A stretch of 61,633 nucleotides of DNA, filler included, from Stramenopiles sp. TOSAG23-2 (Eukaryota), in NCBI GenBank assembly GCA_900128395.1. It is 8 parts of 8 records of this genome, joined end to end, with 100 filler letters (N's around TTAATTAATTAA, not from the genome) between each part and the next. Parts side by side here need not be neighbours in the genome. Positions count along the whole stretch, not along the records: positions 22,845 to 34,152 come from LT649946.1; positions 34,253 to 45,541 come from LT649947.1; 6 more parts are not named here. One strand, 5' to 3'. Of the stretch, positions 30,572 to 42,035 are shown piece by piece; within the stretch, counting starts at the first letter, position 1, and every line of letters starts with the position of its first letter. The notes under the pieces are model-generated. The model saw only the letters and a program-made list of their open reading frames with translations. It searched no databases and was not told where the DNA came from. A program made the position numbers and the translations under genes.

Positions 30572-33520
30572 TTATATTTTACTTCTTGTATCTTTGTGTT
30601 GATTTTTTATCTCGGCGCGTTCAACACTACAAATGTTAATATTTTTCAGTATATATTCCCCAGCTTGAACTTGATACACTTCCTTTCCAACTATGTCTAC
30701 AAAACCAATACTTCCATATGGAATTGAAAATGACCACGTAAACGTATCTCCGTTTTTATTATTATATCGCGTCCAATTGCTAACAATCTTACCACGTACG
30801 GTATTCAATGATATGTTAACACCTGGAAGACTTGGTGTTTCACATGGACAGCGTGGACGAAGTAAAATATGTGACCATCCAACACTATAAGATGCTTGAT
30901 TTATTCCACCTAAATAGCGAAACATCCATACAACAACAGATGAAAACATTGGATGATTATGGCTATACGTGTTATTTGAATAAAACCAACTTTCCCATAA
31001 TGTTGTTGCATTCATTTTCAACATATAACCATAGGACGGGTAATCCTCTCTTGTCATCATATTATAAGCAGTATTCAATGGAATTGATGATAATAACGGC
31101 AATATACAGAACATACCAACTGCTGATTGAGGCACCCCATTGCCTAATTCATATAAAGATAAATTTAACATCGACTTTACTGCAGGAACTGCATCTTTTG
31201 GAACTAGATCATAATATAGCGGCATGCTTTGGCTACATTGGCTTAAATTGAACGTTTTTGTATCTGTAAATGTTCCATTAGTTTGAAGAAATAACTGATT
31301 CATTCGATTTCTAACACGTCTCGCATCTTCTTCGGCAAGCTCTGCAATGTCCTTATATCCTAACACACGATTGATTTTGGACCATGCGTGGTAATTCATC
31401 CATTGAAATACATGCCCAGTTAAACGATGTACATTACCATTTGGTTCAACATTCATCCAATCCGAAAGCCCATTTTCAATTAACGATTCATCAACATGGT
31501 TTGAAAGCATATTCATCCACTTTTTGGTAGAATTATAGGAAGATTTTAAACTCGACGAGTCACTATAATAATCCCACATCCATGTTTGTAAAACTGGTTG
31601 GACAGTTGCCCATCCAATCGGCCCTGAACCATTTTTATCTACACCATTGTCATATATGCCAACATATGGACTTGTTTCTGTAAAACCACCATCGTTACGC
31701 TGTGCATCATTATAATCCAGTATTCGTTTGCGGTAAAAAGATAACATATTAAATATATGCATACCTGTTTCAGCTGTTGCTAATAAGTCACCACCATAAC
31801 CAAATCGTTCACGATGCGGGCAATCAGATTGAACAGACATCATATTTGAACTATGTGTGTTGTATGCCAAATTGAAAATTTTTTCTAATATATGTTTGTT
31901 TTCTTTCTTATCATTGCTTCTTGGAACTGAAAACGACCCATGAACATTGATGTCAGTGCGTAAAGCAATGCCAAAAATAGAGTGGATCGCAGAGCGAAGA
32001 TTTATCTTTTCATTATTTTTATTGTTGTTGCTTGTTGTTGATAGAGATACCGCAATATATCGAAATCCATGCCATGTAAATCTTGGCACATGGCTATATG
32101 TCTCATTTTCCCTTAAACCCTTTGTAATGAAAATATCTTTTTGATATGCAATATTTGGAGCACAATCCCCACCTTCACCAGGATGTTTAATTTGTCCAGC
32201 TACACTAGTCAATCCATTCACACTTCCATTACCCCATAACACTTCACCGTAAAGAAATTCAATGGATGTATTCATGGGTAATGGTCCTTGAAAAGTCACA
32301 TTAATGGTCCCAGCAAAATTTCTTCCCATGTCATACACAATTGCATCATCATCTTTGTCGTCATCTCCGTTGTTGCGATATGGAGATATTATTTTCCCAC
32401 TTAAATGTTCAAACGCTCGAATAGGTGGTAATCTTGATGCTTCTAGTACACCTAATGCACTCAAAATATGTTGTTTTACTACCATTACTCCCGTTTCTGA
32501 CCATATCTCCTTTTCACGACGCTGATCATATACACTTCCCAAATAAATATTGTTATTACTGTATGGCCCTGGGGATAACATCCATTTTCCATCTTCCTCA
32601 TCATTCCCTTTATTACTCGAGACAATTTTTTTTGTTCCATCATAATATTCTATCACAAGGTCAAGTCGAAACATTGGTGGTCCAGTTGCCAAGTCGTTTC
32701 GAAGATCTCTTTTACCCCACATTTTTAATGGGAGCAGGTTCCACCATCCATTACCTAATGATATCTTCAATGTATGGCTGGTATGTGTCTTATTAAGCCA
32801 TTCAGTAACATCAAGTGTGTTATAAGCTATACGTTTGGCAAACGATGTCCATTCCGGATCTAAAAACGTGTCACCTGGGACTGTAAAACCATTCAGCATT
32901 GTTCGGTAATAACCCAACCCAGCAATATATAGACGTGCACGTTTTACCTCCTTGTTTTCAGTCTTGAATTTTTTTTTAAAAATTGGATTCGGGTGATTTC
33001 CATATGGTGACGTGCTGCACTTGTTATTTTTACTTTCAGAATATCCTCCAGAATCGGTAGAATTGGCTGTTAACCAGATACCAGCCCAATCAGCTTCTTT
33101 TCTTGACATTTTAAACGTTTGTTTTCTGGACCATGCACTTGGTATATTTCCAGTCGTTTGGTCACCACCATGAATTTCTTTCCAAACTCTAACTCTCCAC
33201 TGAACTTCCTCATCAGCTTGAAGTTTTTTGCCTTGGTATGTTGCTGAGAGAGTATTATTAGTAACAACAAGTCCAGTTGTCCACGTTTCGTTATTTTCAT
33301 AGATTACTTCAATTTCATAAGCCGACTGTTTACTTCTTAAAACCCACGTCAAAGAGGGGGATTGCGTATTTACAACAACAAACGTTTTTGAGTATGAAGT
33401 TAGGGGAGAACGACCATCAACGAGAAGTTTATACGGCGACTTAATTGTTCTTTGGTCAACAGACCCTGCCATTGACATCAAGTGTACAATAATGAACGAT
33501 ATTAAAAACAACATTAACAT
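30572..33520 (-). CDS. GH78 alpha-L-rhamnosidase, secreted
   Basis: Signal peptide; ARLYIAGLGYY, DMGRNFAG, FTWHGFRY, SDCPHRERFGYGGD, ATTLWESW and SHNHPMF motifs. Confidence 0.92.
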   Translation of the reverse strand: MLMLFLISFIIVHLMSMAGSVDQRTIKSPYKLLVDGRSPLTSYSKTFVVVNTQSPSLTWVLRSKQSAYEIEVIYENNETWTTGLVVTNNTLSATYQGKKLQADEEVQWRVRVWKEIHGGDQTTGNIPSAWSRKQTFKMSRKEADWAGIWLTANSTDSGGYSESKNNKCSTSPYGNHPNPIFKKKFKTENKEVKRARLYIAGLGYYRTMLNGFTVPGDTFLDPEWTSFAKRIAYNTLDVTEWLNKTHTSHTLKISLGNGWWNLLPLKMWGKRDLRNDLATGPPMFRLDLVIEYYDGTKKIVSSNKGNDEEDGKWMLSPGPYSNNNIYLGSVYDQRREKEIWSETGVMVVKQHILSALGVLEASRLPPIRAFEHLSGKIISPYRNNGDDDKDDDAIVYDMGRNFAGTINVTFQGPLPMNTSIEFLYGEVLWGNGSVNGLTSVAGQIKHPGEGGDCAPNIAYQKDIFITKGLRENETYSHVPRFTWHGFRYIAVSLSTTSNNNKNNEKINLRSAIHSIFGIALRTDINVHGSFSVPRSNDKKENKHILEKIFNLAYNTHSSNMMSVQSDCPHRERFGYGGDLLATAETGMHIFNMLSFYRKRILDYNDAQRNDGGFTETSPYVGIYDNGVDKNGSGPIGWATVQPVLQTWMWDYYSDSSSLKSSYNSTKKWMNMLSNHVDESLIENGLSDWMNVEPNGNVHRLTGHVFQWMNYHAWSKINRVLGYKDIAELAEEDARRVRNRMNQLFLQTNGTFTDTKTFNLSQCSQSMPLYYDLVPKDAVPAVKSMLNLSLYELGNGVPQSAVGMFCILPLLSSIPLNTAYNMMTREDYPSYGYMLKMNATTLWESWFYSNNTYSHNHPMFSSVVVWMFRYLGGINQASYSVGWSHILLRPRCPCETPSLPGVNISLNTVRGKIVSNWTRYNNKNGDTFTWSFSIPYGSIGFVDIVGKEVYQVQAGEYILKNINICSVERAEIKNQHKDTRSKI

Positions 33521-34152
33521 GGCGATAAAGCAAATTTATACTACTATAAAAAAATGTCTTATACACACAGCAATATAATAATTTATACGTACAACAAATG
33601 TTTCTTCAGTATACCACCCTTGTGTATTAAGATTTGCTTTATATTATATTATACTTTTTTTACAAAGTACGAGTTAACCATGTAAAATAACAACACTTGT
33701 CTCTTTCTTTTTCTTATCGCAAATACATATATAGACTAAAGATAAAGATACGACGTGGTGAATTTGTGATTGCCTGATTGCCAGATTGAAATTATTACTA
33801 TCTATATCACAACAGCATTTTATTTATATTGTAGTACATATACTATTAATAGTGACTACCGGTGGTATTAATATAAACTATATTATAAGCTCCTATTATT
33901 TACGAATTATACGAATATCAAAAAGTTTAATCTCCCAATCTCCCAATCTCCCATTTTAATTTAACCGTTCTCACCATTATCATACGATCATCATATTAAT
34001 AAAAATTATACGATCGTAATTTATTTTTTCTCAAGTATTTTACACCAACTGAACACTCGCTCGACACACGACTGACAAACCATTGAAATCCGACCCCCTT
34101 TTTCTTTAAGAATCATACTCAATACCTTCATTCCATGCACCGCATTGATAAC

Positions 34153-34252
34153 NNNNNNNNNNNNNNNNNNNNNNNNNNNNNNNNNNNNNNNNNNNNTTAA
34201 TTAATTAANNNNNNNNNNNNNNNNNNNNNNNNNNNNNNNNNNNNNNNNNNNN
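34153..34252. other. Artificial contig spacer
   Basis: N44-TTAATTAATTAA-N44. Confidence 0.98.
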
Positions 34253-34262
34253 GTCTACCAAC

Positions 34263-37200
34263 ATGTGGGGTTCCTTATTTGACGATGACGACAATAATGC
34301 TAATAGCCAAGGCAGCACAACTGCTTCAACAAGAGATACGACTACAAACAATTCTAATAGTTTGTGGGGTAATTTAGATTTAAGCGACGATGGGGATAAC
34401 ACTGAAAGTGTATTTGGTAACATAACGAGTACTGATACAAAACCAGCCTTATCAATTTTTGATAGTTATGGTAAATCTGATAACGCCGAGTCTCTCTTTC
34501 CCTCGTTGTTTGATAGTAACGGTACAACAAGTACTAAGAATAATACTAATAATGTAGATTCGATATTTGGTGGACCTTCATCTAGAAGCAATAATAATAA
34601 TAATAACAATAACGACTCACTTTTTCCATCATTGTTTGATACCGGTGACAATAATAAAAATACTACTACGAAGAATGCTTCATCTTCACTGTTTGGTAAT
34701 AATGATACCGCCGGGTCCTCCTCCATATTTGGTAACGATATAAATAATAGCAACAATAATACGTCAATGTCTCTTTTTGGTGAACCAGAAACCAATACAA
34801 ATAAATATAACAATTCTAAAAAACCGTATTCATCTATATTTGGAACATTTGATGATGATGATGATAATAATAATAATAACAATAGTAATAATAACAACAC
34901 GTTGTTCCCACCTTCATCTCCTCTTTTTGGAGAAGTTACAAAGAAAAAAGCTGGAAACATTGATTTGTTCGATAGAGATTATAATAATAACAGCGATATC
35001 AACGGCACGTCAAATATTTTCGGTGAACAGCAAGAACAAGACGATTATGTACATGAACATCATCATGGTGCAACTCATATGCAACGATTATGGCGTGGGC
35101 ATAGTGGACGAAAAGAACATTTTTCATTATTGTTAGAAAAACACGAGGAAGAGGAAAAAATACGATTAGAACGCGAGCAGCAACGGTTAGAAGATGGATA
35201 TGCATTATTAGACCACCATAAATCGAAGCAAGAAGATCATCATAATGAAATACTGAATCGAAATAAAAATTTTACAGAAAAAAATTTAAATGATCCTCAT
35301 TCCAATGTTGAATATCTTGACGTTCAAGAATCAGATCATTATTCAGATGAATTTGGGGAATTGTTGGCAAAAAAATTCAAACGTTGCCTTGTATTAAAAG
35401 CAAAGGAAGATCAAAATTCGCTTAATCTCAGAAAAGCATTTAAACAAATTGATAGCAATCATGATGGCATAATATCAAGAAAAGAATTCCATGAAGCAAT
35501 TGATTTATTGGATTTAGATTTTAGAGAACCAGAAATACGAGTGTTAATAGCATATTTAGATAGAAACAACGATGGTGACATAGATTTAGCGGAATTCAAG
35601 GTATTTCGAAACGTTCATGAAGAAGATATAAACGAAGAGCAAGAAAATCAACTTCGTCATCAAGTAGTAGATGTACCAGTAGATATACCAAATAGTCCAG
35701 AAACACGAAATGCAGCATTGAAGATACAGAAAACCATAAGAGGCCATTCCGGAAGAAAAGAGTTTAATCAGGCATATGCAAGTAAGATTGAAAAAGATGC
35801 ATTGCATGAGCAGAAAAAAGTACGACAATTAGCCGGTGATGTTGATACGGATGGTGAAAGTATGTATGATAGTGATAGGAATCACCAATATGATGAGATG
35901 ATGTATGGCGATGAGGATGAAACTAAAACAAGTCCAATGAAAGATCATCAAATTGCAAATACGACTATGAATATAGATGCATTAAAATCAAGGCTTGATA
36001 TTGCAGAAAAACGAAAATTACAATTAGAAACGGAATCATTATCAAATAAAAAATTAGCAAATGATTTAAAATTAAAAGTTGAAACACTAGAAAAAAAATT
36101 ATTAGCCACTTCTTCAACATTGACATCACCATCGAATAAAAACACGAAAATAAATGATGAGTTAAAATTGCAGTTTGATATTTTAAATGAGAAACATACT
36201 AAATTAGGCATTAAAGAAAAACAACAATTAGTGGAAATTTCTAATTTAAAGCAACAACTTGCAACGATGACAGATAATAAAGATTCAACAAATAAATACG
36301 AAGCTGAAGCAAAAAAGCATCAAACAGAAATAAATCAAATGCATGATGAAATAGATAATTTAACAAAAGAAATGGAGACAAAAACAAATGATTTTAACGT
36401 CAAACTCGATGAAAAAACAAATGAATTAAACAAGGAACATAATAATATAATAGCTGCAATGAAACATGAGCATCAAATTGTCAATACAAAATATACTACA
36501 CAAATTAATGACCATGCTATTAAAGAAGAAAAATTAAATTTACAGATTGAAGATTTAAATTTGCAATTAAAAGTTGAAAAAAACAAATATGAAGTTTTGC
36601 ATAAGCAAAAAAATGAAACGGAAGAAACATGGAAATTAAATGAAGAAAAACGAATAAATGAAATAAAAAAGAAAACGGAAGTGGAAACATTAAAAACAAT
36701 GAAAGAGATTGTTCAAAAAGAAGCAGATAGTAGAAATAATTTAACAAAGAAACAGGATGAATTAATTGCAACAAAGAAAGAATTAGACTTATTAGTTCAA
36801 TTGAAAGATTTAGATGTTGAGAAACGGAAAGAAGTAGAAACTAAAAATGAAAAGTTAGAAAAAGAAAATGGGATTATGAAACATGAATTAGTGCAACTTC
36901 AAGCAAAATTAGCAACATTCTTAAAAAAGCAAGGCCAAATAGAACAAAAGACAAAGGATGATATTGCATTTCAAGCATTGCATCATCGCGTAGAACAAGA
37001 AAAAGTAAAATTGATGTTACTCCAACATCGAAATAAAAAAATAGCAGATCATACTATGGATGATGATTTACGACCTTTATCGTATATAAGCAGCAAGAAA
37101 TCCAATGATACACGACAAGGCGAGGAAACGAGAAGAAACAATGTTCCAGTTGGGGGAGAAAAGCAATCGGTCTCCGCATTACCACCGAAAGAAGTTTATC

Positions 37201-37901
37201 GTCCTTTAAAATCATTATCCATTGCTGAAGTTGGTGTTTTATTACGACATTATGATTTAACATTATTCATAGATAAATTTAGAAAACACAATATAGATGG
37301 CCGTGAATTATCGGAATTTCAATTTGAAGAGGATTTGATGCCATTCCATGTCGGTAGACGAACGCAACATATGAAATTATTACATTTGATATCTGAGTTA
37401 ATCACAATAGGCGTAAATGATAAATTGTTCATAGAATTAAAACGACATAATGCTAGAATTAAACGTTTAACCAATCGTATGCGAACACCAGCAGGTCCAA
37501 TTTCACAAATGTCGATAAAAGCACGTTTTCAGGCGACTAGAGTTGGTGGTAGTACAAGTAGCAGGCGGCTATCTTTATCTCCAAAAGGGACGAACAAAGG
37601 AAAAGGTATCAATAAAAGGAAAGGTATGCATCATCCAAAAGGCAATAAAATTATACGTAGTGGTGGACGTAATTTTCATTTAAACATCAATGATGATGAA
37701 GAATATGCAAGTAATGATTATGATGATGATAATGATGATCTAGACCGCATGGACGGTTTAGAAAATAATAGTGGATTTATATTTACAAATGGTATAATGA
37801 TCGAGCCAAGAAATGGAAGTAAAAAAACTTATCGTAATGGTGGTATAAATAATCATTTTCATCGATCTCGTGGTGATCGTAATCCAATAGAATTTGTTTA
37901 A
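34263..37901 (+). CDS. Large scaffold protein: S[LI]F[GD] repeats, IQ, EF-hand pair, IQ, coiled coil, SAM domain (possibly 5'-partial)
   Basis: IQ-like MQRLWRGHSGRK and IQKTIRGHSGRK; EF loops DSNHDGIISRKE and DRNNDGDIDLAE; SAM-like LSIAEVGVLL...FIDKFRKHNIDGREL. The frame is open to the contig edge. Confidence 0.8.
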   Translation: MWGSLFDDDDNNANSQGSTTASTRDTTTNNSNSLWGNLDLSDDGDNTESVFGNITSTDTKPALSIFDSYGKSDNAESLFPSLFDSNGTTSTKNNTNNVDSIFGGPSSRSNNNNNNNNDSLFPSLFDTGDNNKNTTTKNASSSLFGNNDTAGSSSIFGNDINNSNNNTSMSLFGEPETNTNKYNNSKKPYSSIFGTFDDDDDNNNNNNSNNNNTLFPPSSPLFGEVTKKKAGNIDLFDRDYNNNSDINGTSNIFGEQQEQDDYVHEHHHGATHMQRLWRGHSGRKEHFSLLLEKHEEEEKIRLEREQQRLEDGYALLDHHKSKQEDHHNEILNRNKNFTEKNLNDPHSNVEYLDVQESDHYSDEFGELLAKKFKRCLVLKAKEDQNSLNLRKAFKQIDSNHDGIISRKEFHEAIDLLDLDFREPEIRVLIAYLDRNNDGDIDLAEFKVFRNVHEEDINEEQENQLRHQVVDVPVDIPNSPETRNAALKIQKTIRGHSGRKEFNQAYASKIEKDALHEQKKVRQLAGDVDTDGESMYDSDRNHQYDEMMYGDEDETKTSPMKDHQIANTTMNIDALKSRLDIAEKRKLQLETESLSNKKLANDLKLKVETLEKKLLATSSTLTSPSNKNTKINDELKLQFDILNEKHTKLGIKEKQQLVEISNLKQQLATMTDNKDSTNKYEAEAKKHQTEINQMHDEIDNLTKEMETKTNDFNVKLDEKTNELNKEHNNIIAAMKHEHQIVNTKYTTQINDHAIKEEKLNLQIEDLNLQLKVEKNKYEVLHKQKNETEETWKLNEEKRINEIKKKTEVETLKTMKEIVQKEADSRNNLTKKQDELIATKKELDLLVQLKDLDVEKRKEVETKNEKLEKENGIMKHELVQLQAKLATFLKKQGQIEQKTKDDIAFQALHHRVEQEKVKLMLLQHRNKKIADHTMDDDLRPLSYISSKKSNDTRQGEETRRNNVPVGGEKQSVSALPPKEVYRPLKSLSIAEVGVLLRHYDLTLFIDKFRKHNIDGRELSEFQFEEDLMPFHVGRRTQHMKLLHLISELITIGVNDKLFIELKRHNARIKRLTNRMRTPAGPISQMSIKARFQATRVGGSTSSRRLSLSPKGTNKGKGINKRKGMHHPKGNKIIRSGGRNFHLNINDDEEYASNDYDDDNDDLDRMDGLENNSGFIFTNGIMIEPRNGSKKTYRNGGINNHFHRSRGDRNPIEFV

Positions 37902-38212
37902 AAAAATAAAAAAAAAAGGAAGATCTGCTAGCGTGTAATAGAGGAGTGTGTTATAAAAAGTGTGTGAAATATGTGATGTGATGTAAAAAAATTTTCTGGG
38001 GTTGTGTGTGGTACGTTTTATGGTAAAGATGTGTGTTGTTTTGGTAAATATATATTAAGAATATGTTTTGTCACCACGCTATCTAATGGTATGTGTATGG
38101 TATAATATAATTTTTTATATGATACTGTACATATTTGTTAGATTATATTTTTATATCTTTAATACTTTATTATATTTTTATTATATATTTTATATCCTAA
38201 CACTACATTGCT

Positions 38213-38872
38213 TTAAAATACCATTTCATGTGGTGCATCTGCTTTAGAAAGGGAGAAGCGTGCATGTAAATAATCTTTCAAACCGTCAACTTTTGCTACA
38301 GCACCGTCAACAACTGCATCAACTTTTTGTTGTAAAGCTTTTCTGTCATCACCTATGGTAACTGCTGGGACTTTGCCAGCGTCCAAGAATTCTTGTTCTG
38401 CACTATCAACTGCTTGTGCACTACGTTTGAAGTATGAATCTTCAAGGCTGCTAACTGCGGATACAGCACCGTCGATACCTGCAACTTTGGTACTGGTTGC
38501 GATAACATATGCTTGGTTCACACGTCTTACTGGTACACCATTAGCTTTAAATGGACCGGTAACAAGTAATAAACCAGATGGCATTTGTCTTAAGAAAACA
38601 ACACGTTTTCCACGATGACGTCCAGCTAATAAGATTAATACAGTTCCAGTTGTGATGGATGAACGCAATTTTGCTGATTTTGGGTTGTGGTTGCGTTTCT
38701 TTGGTTGTGTAGTATCATCAGATGCATAATATTTACCAACTTTTGCATCAGCTTGTGCTGCTTTTGCTTTTGGTGCAGTTTTGCTAAATCTTAATTTACC
38801 TTTTTTGTAACGACGGTGACTACTTGCACTTTTAGCTACTGCATTTACTCCACGGGCTAATACTTTTGGCAT
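38213..38872 (-). CDS. RPL6: 60S ribosomal protein L6 (eL6)
   Basis: KLRSSITTGTVLILLAGRHRGKRVVFLRQMPSGLLLVTGPFKANGVPVRRVNQAYVIATST...YLHARFSL...PHEMVF. Confidence 0.97.
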   Translation of the reverse strand: MPKVLARGVNAVAKSASSHRRYKKGKLRFSKTAPKAKAAQADAKVGKYYASDDTTQPKKRNHNPKSAKLRSSITTGTVLILLAGRHRGKRVVFLRQMPSGLLLVTGPFKANGVPVRRVNQAYVIATSTKVAGIDGAVSAVSSLEDSYFKRSAQAVDSAEQEFLDAGKVPAVTIGDDRKALQQKVDAVVDGAVAKVDGLKDYLHARFSLSKADAPHEMVF

Positions 38873-39138
38873 GATTGTTGTTTTATTGATTTATAATATA
38901 TAAAAAATAGTGTTGTTGTTGTGTATACTGATATTATTTTTTATTTGTTGATATATGTAAAAATGTTGTCTATCTTGTACATACGTCTTTCTATTATTTT
39001 TACTTATTATAAATATATATTATTTTATGATATAAAAATGTCATTTGGATAGTATTCTAAAAAGTATATATATTGTGTTTGATAGGGGAATTGGAGCAGA
39101 GGATTTGGTGAAGGATTGGTGGAGGAGAGCCATTAAAA

Positions 39139-39234
39139 ATTAGCAGGTTCATACCACTCTTACAAAAACAAACAAATTGATGCTTGTATCCCCTGCTGTG
39201 TGAATGCTATTATATTAGCAGGTTCATAGCACTC
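39139..39234. promoter_or_regulatory. Duplicated 21-bp motif upstream of RPL6 (candidate cis-element)
   Basis: attagcaggttcata(c/g)cactc at 39139-39159 and 39214-39234; function is inferred from position only. Confidence 0.35.
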
Positions 39235-39642
39235 GCATTAGAACGAAATCCAAAAAGCCAACATACTGTGTCTATGGTAAAGCTACACTGTACTACACAG
39301 TATTGACGTATTTACTAAAATAAAGACTTGGTTATCATCCTTAATATATAATAATTATATATAAAACTGTATATAATGGTAGAATTATTTTGACGTGGGT
39401 GAATTCTGCTGCATCGAAAATACGGGTTTTACATATTACACTTATACTATTTATTTTCCATAATTTCCTTAAATTGATTTATAAAATTCTTTAAAAAATT
39501 ATTGATGAAAAAAATCAAAAAAGTCAAAACAAAAACAGTTATATAGTAAAGCTATAAAAGCAAATGAAGAAGTGCATAATGCAAAAGAAAAAAAAAAAGC
39601 AATAATATTCAACAGATTGTTTATATCATAATAATAACAACC

Positions 39643-40239
39643 ATGTGGAGTTCGTTTAAAACAGCAAATGCGGATGGGCATTATTTACATAATTCATGGA
39701 ATAAATATAATGAATCTACACCTGTGATTCATTTAATTAATAATGGGATAAAAACAATTGCAAATATACCAACATATATTAAAGAAATGGAATGGCCAAC
39801 AATACCAAACGAATTCAATGCAAAAGCAATGGAAGAATTTTTAACCAATCCTATCGCAATAGTCAGTCTTGTATTAATTGTATGGGGTATATTTGTATTC
39901 GTTGCTATAAAATGTAGTGGAAATAAGAAAGAGATTACTACTAGTAATAATAATAATATAGAATATAATAGTAATGTCAAGGGTGATGAAGATGATAGTA
40001 ATAATAATAATAATAATAGTTTTTCAACACCAAGTAATAAACGTGAAAAAGATGAATTTGTACGTATTTTTCAAAGCCGTATAAATGCATTGAAAGAATC
40101 AGAACGACAAGTTGATGAACGTATTGAACATTTAGAAGAATTATTAAATGAAAATAATGGATATCAAATGTGGTCCAATGTTTTACCAGTTGCATTAAGT
40201 GTTATTGCATTAATTGTTTCATTAAGACGAGGTAGATAG
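39643..40239 (+). CDS. Hypothetical membrane protein (internal TM, coiled coil, C-terminal TM plus basic tail)
   Basis: IAIVSLVLIVWGIFVFVAI and VLPVALSVIALIVSLRRGR. Confidence 0.6.
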   Translation: MWSSFKTANADGHYLHNSWNKYNESTPVIHLINNGIKTIANIPTYIKEMEWPTIPNEFNAKAMEEFLTNPIAIVSLVLIVWGIFVFVAIKCSGNKKEITTSNNNNIEYNSNVKGDEDDSNNNNNNSFSTPSNKREKDEFVRIFQSRINALKESERQVDERIEHLEELLNENNGYQMWSNVLPVALSVIALIVSLRRGR

Positions 40240-40507
40240 AGTATGATATAGAATTTTTTAAAAAAAGTAAAAAAAGAAAAAATAGATAATATATTATCGA
40301 GGAGTAGCAAGGAGAGGAGAGAAACTTATTTTTTTACACGTTCGTTCGGTACGAACTTCTCGTAAATATTTAGATAAAAAAGATGAAAGTCGTGTGTTAT
40401 TAAAAATTAATCTTTATGACCCTCTTAGCACCTTACACGCACACAAAATGTTTTTCCTCTCGTTTTTCGACGCTATATAGCTACATGGACTCAAATAATT
40501 AATTATT

Positions 40508-41110
40508 TTACGAATTTTTTATCGAAATGAATTTATCTAATTCCATTGCTTTTTGATCAAAATTTATAACAAAAACTGTACGACAACGTTTACTACCATC
40601 TTCAATTTCAACTGGTACTGCTCTGACTTCAGCGCCAAATCCAGCACTATCTAATATACCTTTAATAATACCAGCCATAAACGAAGCGCAATCCAATGAT
40701 CCCATTTCACTTGGTACGGAAATATATTTATTCACAATTGGATCGTTATCATGTATCATATATTCACTATCACGTTCAACACTTTTTTGTAAATTATCTG
40801 CTACTTTACCAAACATAGATTTCCAACAAATATCTTTAATAAATGATAACATGCCTACTATACCTCTCGTAGATTCTTGCGATTGCCACCATGGGGATAA
40901 CCCTGGCCTTTGCCTATATGCTATAAATTCTAACATGCGGTGACCAACTTGTTCACCAGCTTCTTGTAATTTATCTTGTAAATCTCCGATCCGACTAACA
41001 CGTCCATGGTAATAATGTACTAATTCACGAAAAACATATGAAAATGCAGATAGATTGACTTGCGGTCTTTGTTTTTGCAATTGTTGTTTTAGGTTGGTAA
41101 AGGATGCCAT
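40508..41110 (-). CDS. TRAPPC5: TRAPP complex subunit 5 (Trs31)
   Basis: VNLSAFSYVFRELVHY...WKSMFGKVADNLQKS...EYMIHDNDPIVNKYISVP...LDCASFMAGIIKGILD.AGF. Confidence 0.93.
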   Translation of the reverse strand: MASFTNLKQQLQKQRPQVNLSAFSYVFRELVHYYHGRVSRIGDLQDKLQEAGEQVGHRMLEFIAYRQRPGLSPWWQSQESTRGIVGMLSFIKDICWKSMFGKVADNLQKSVERDSEYMIHDNDPIVNKYISVPSEMGSLDCASFMAGIIKGILDSAGFGAEVRAVPVEIEDGSKRCRTVFVINFDQKAMELDKFISIKNS

Positions 41111-41411
41111 GTTGATTGGGTGGGTGGAATAATATATAGATTTATATGTAGAATGTGTGGTGTGTATGTATGAGTATATGTGTGTGTTTGTTGTTTGTTG
41201 ACTTTAAAATTCTGTTTTTTGTATTAGTGTATATATTTTTACCCTAATTGTAACATGAAAAATGGAAAAAGGGTGCTCATCATAGAGGCCGTTTTTAAAT
41301 ACATAGAAGGTGCATAGCATTAGAGTAGATCTGCAAAGAATTCAAAGTGAAAAAATCAGCCTTCAATAAAAAAGTAAAATCAGGGACTGCACAACCTGCC
41401 TGCCCCAATAT

Positions 41412-42035
41412 TCATATTGATATCTGCTGCATTGGCAATAACCATTTAAATAATGTTGCTTCACTTTCAACATATACTTTGAAAACCCAGCTACAAGCAT
41501 TGATCCCGAACACCACTCTATAAAAATGCATGTTCTGAAAATGAAATATTTCAGCATGATAACGATTATTGTAAGCCTCAAGATCATTGCCACAGAAAAG
41601 AAATGCTTGGTAATGTAACACCTCACAAATAATTTTTTCTACCTCCATTATTTCTTCATCACTTAAACTTAAAATATTAAGCAGTTCTTTACTAAGACTC
41701 ACAAACTCCTGCTTTTTTTCGAAACACAATTCTTTCATCTTTTCCATTGCATCAATTACCCCCTTTGCTTCAATTTCATTTTTACACTCTTCCTTACACT
41801 TTGTAAATAGCACCTCTGCTGCATCAACTTCTCTTATGGTCTTACATGCCATAGCTTTATTTGCACCATAGCCTTCATGAAGCTTAACCAACACTCCAGC
41901 AATATTTTCCAACCAGCTACAACAGTTACATTTGATAGCATCCTCTTGAAATTTCCATACTTTGTCCAATCCAACCTCATTTGTTGTTCCACTGCACAAT
42001 TCAATTGCAATACCTTTGTCTCCAACAAATGTCAA
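41412..42035 (-). pseudogene. Degenerating ORF inside a CpG-depleted island
   Basis: No ATG start (TTG), almost no CpG, and Cys at positions that read like former Arg in charged helices (TKCKEECKNE, MKELCFEKK). Confidence 0.4.

Noticed and set aside
33768-33952. GATTG repeats and (AATCTCCC)3 upstream of GH78
   Set aside because: Short simple repeats; a CCAAT-box-like role is possible but unsupported.
34466-34960. Poly-Leu membrane-like ORFs (also 15452..15751, 18427..18669, 51840..52184)
   Set aside because: Antisense reading of AAT/AAC poly-Asn tracts in real genes.
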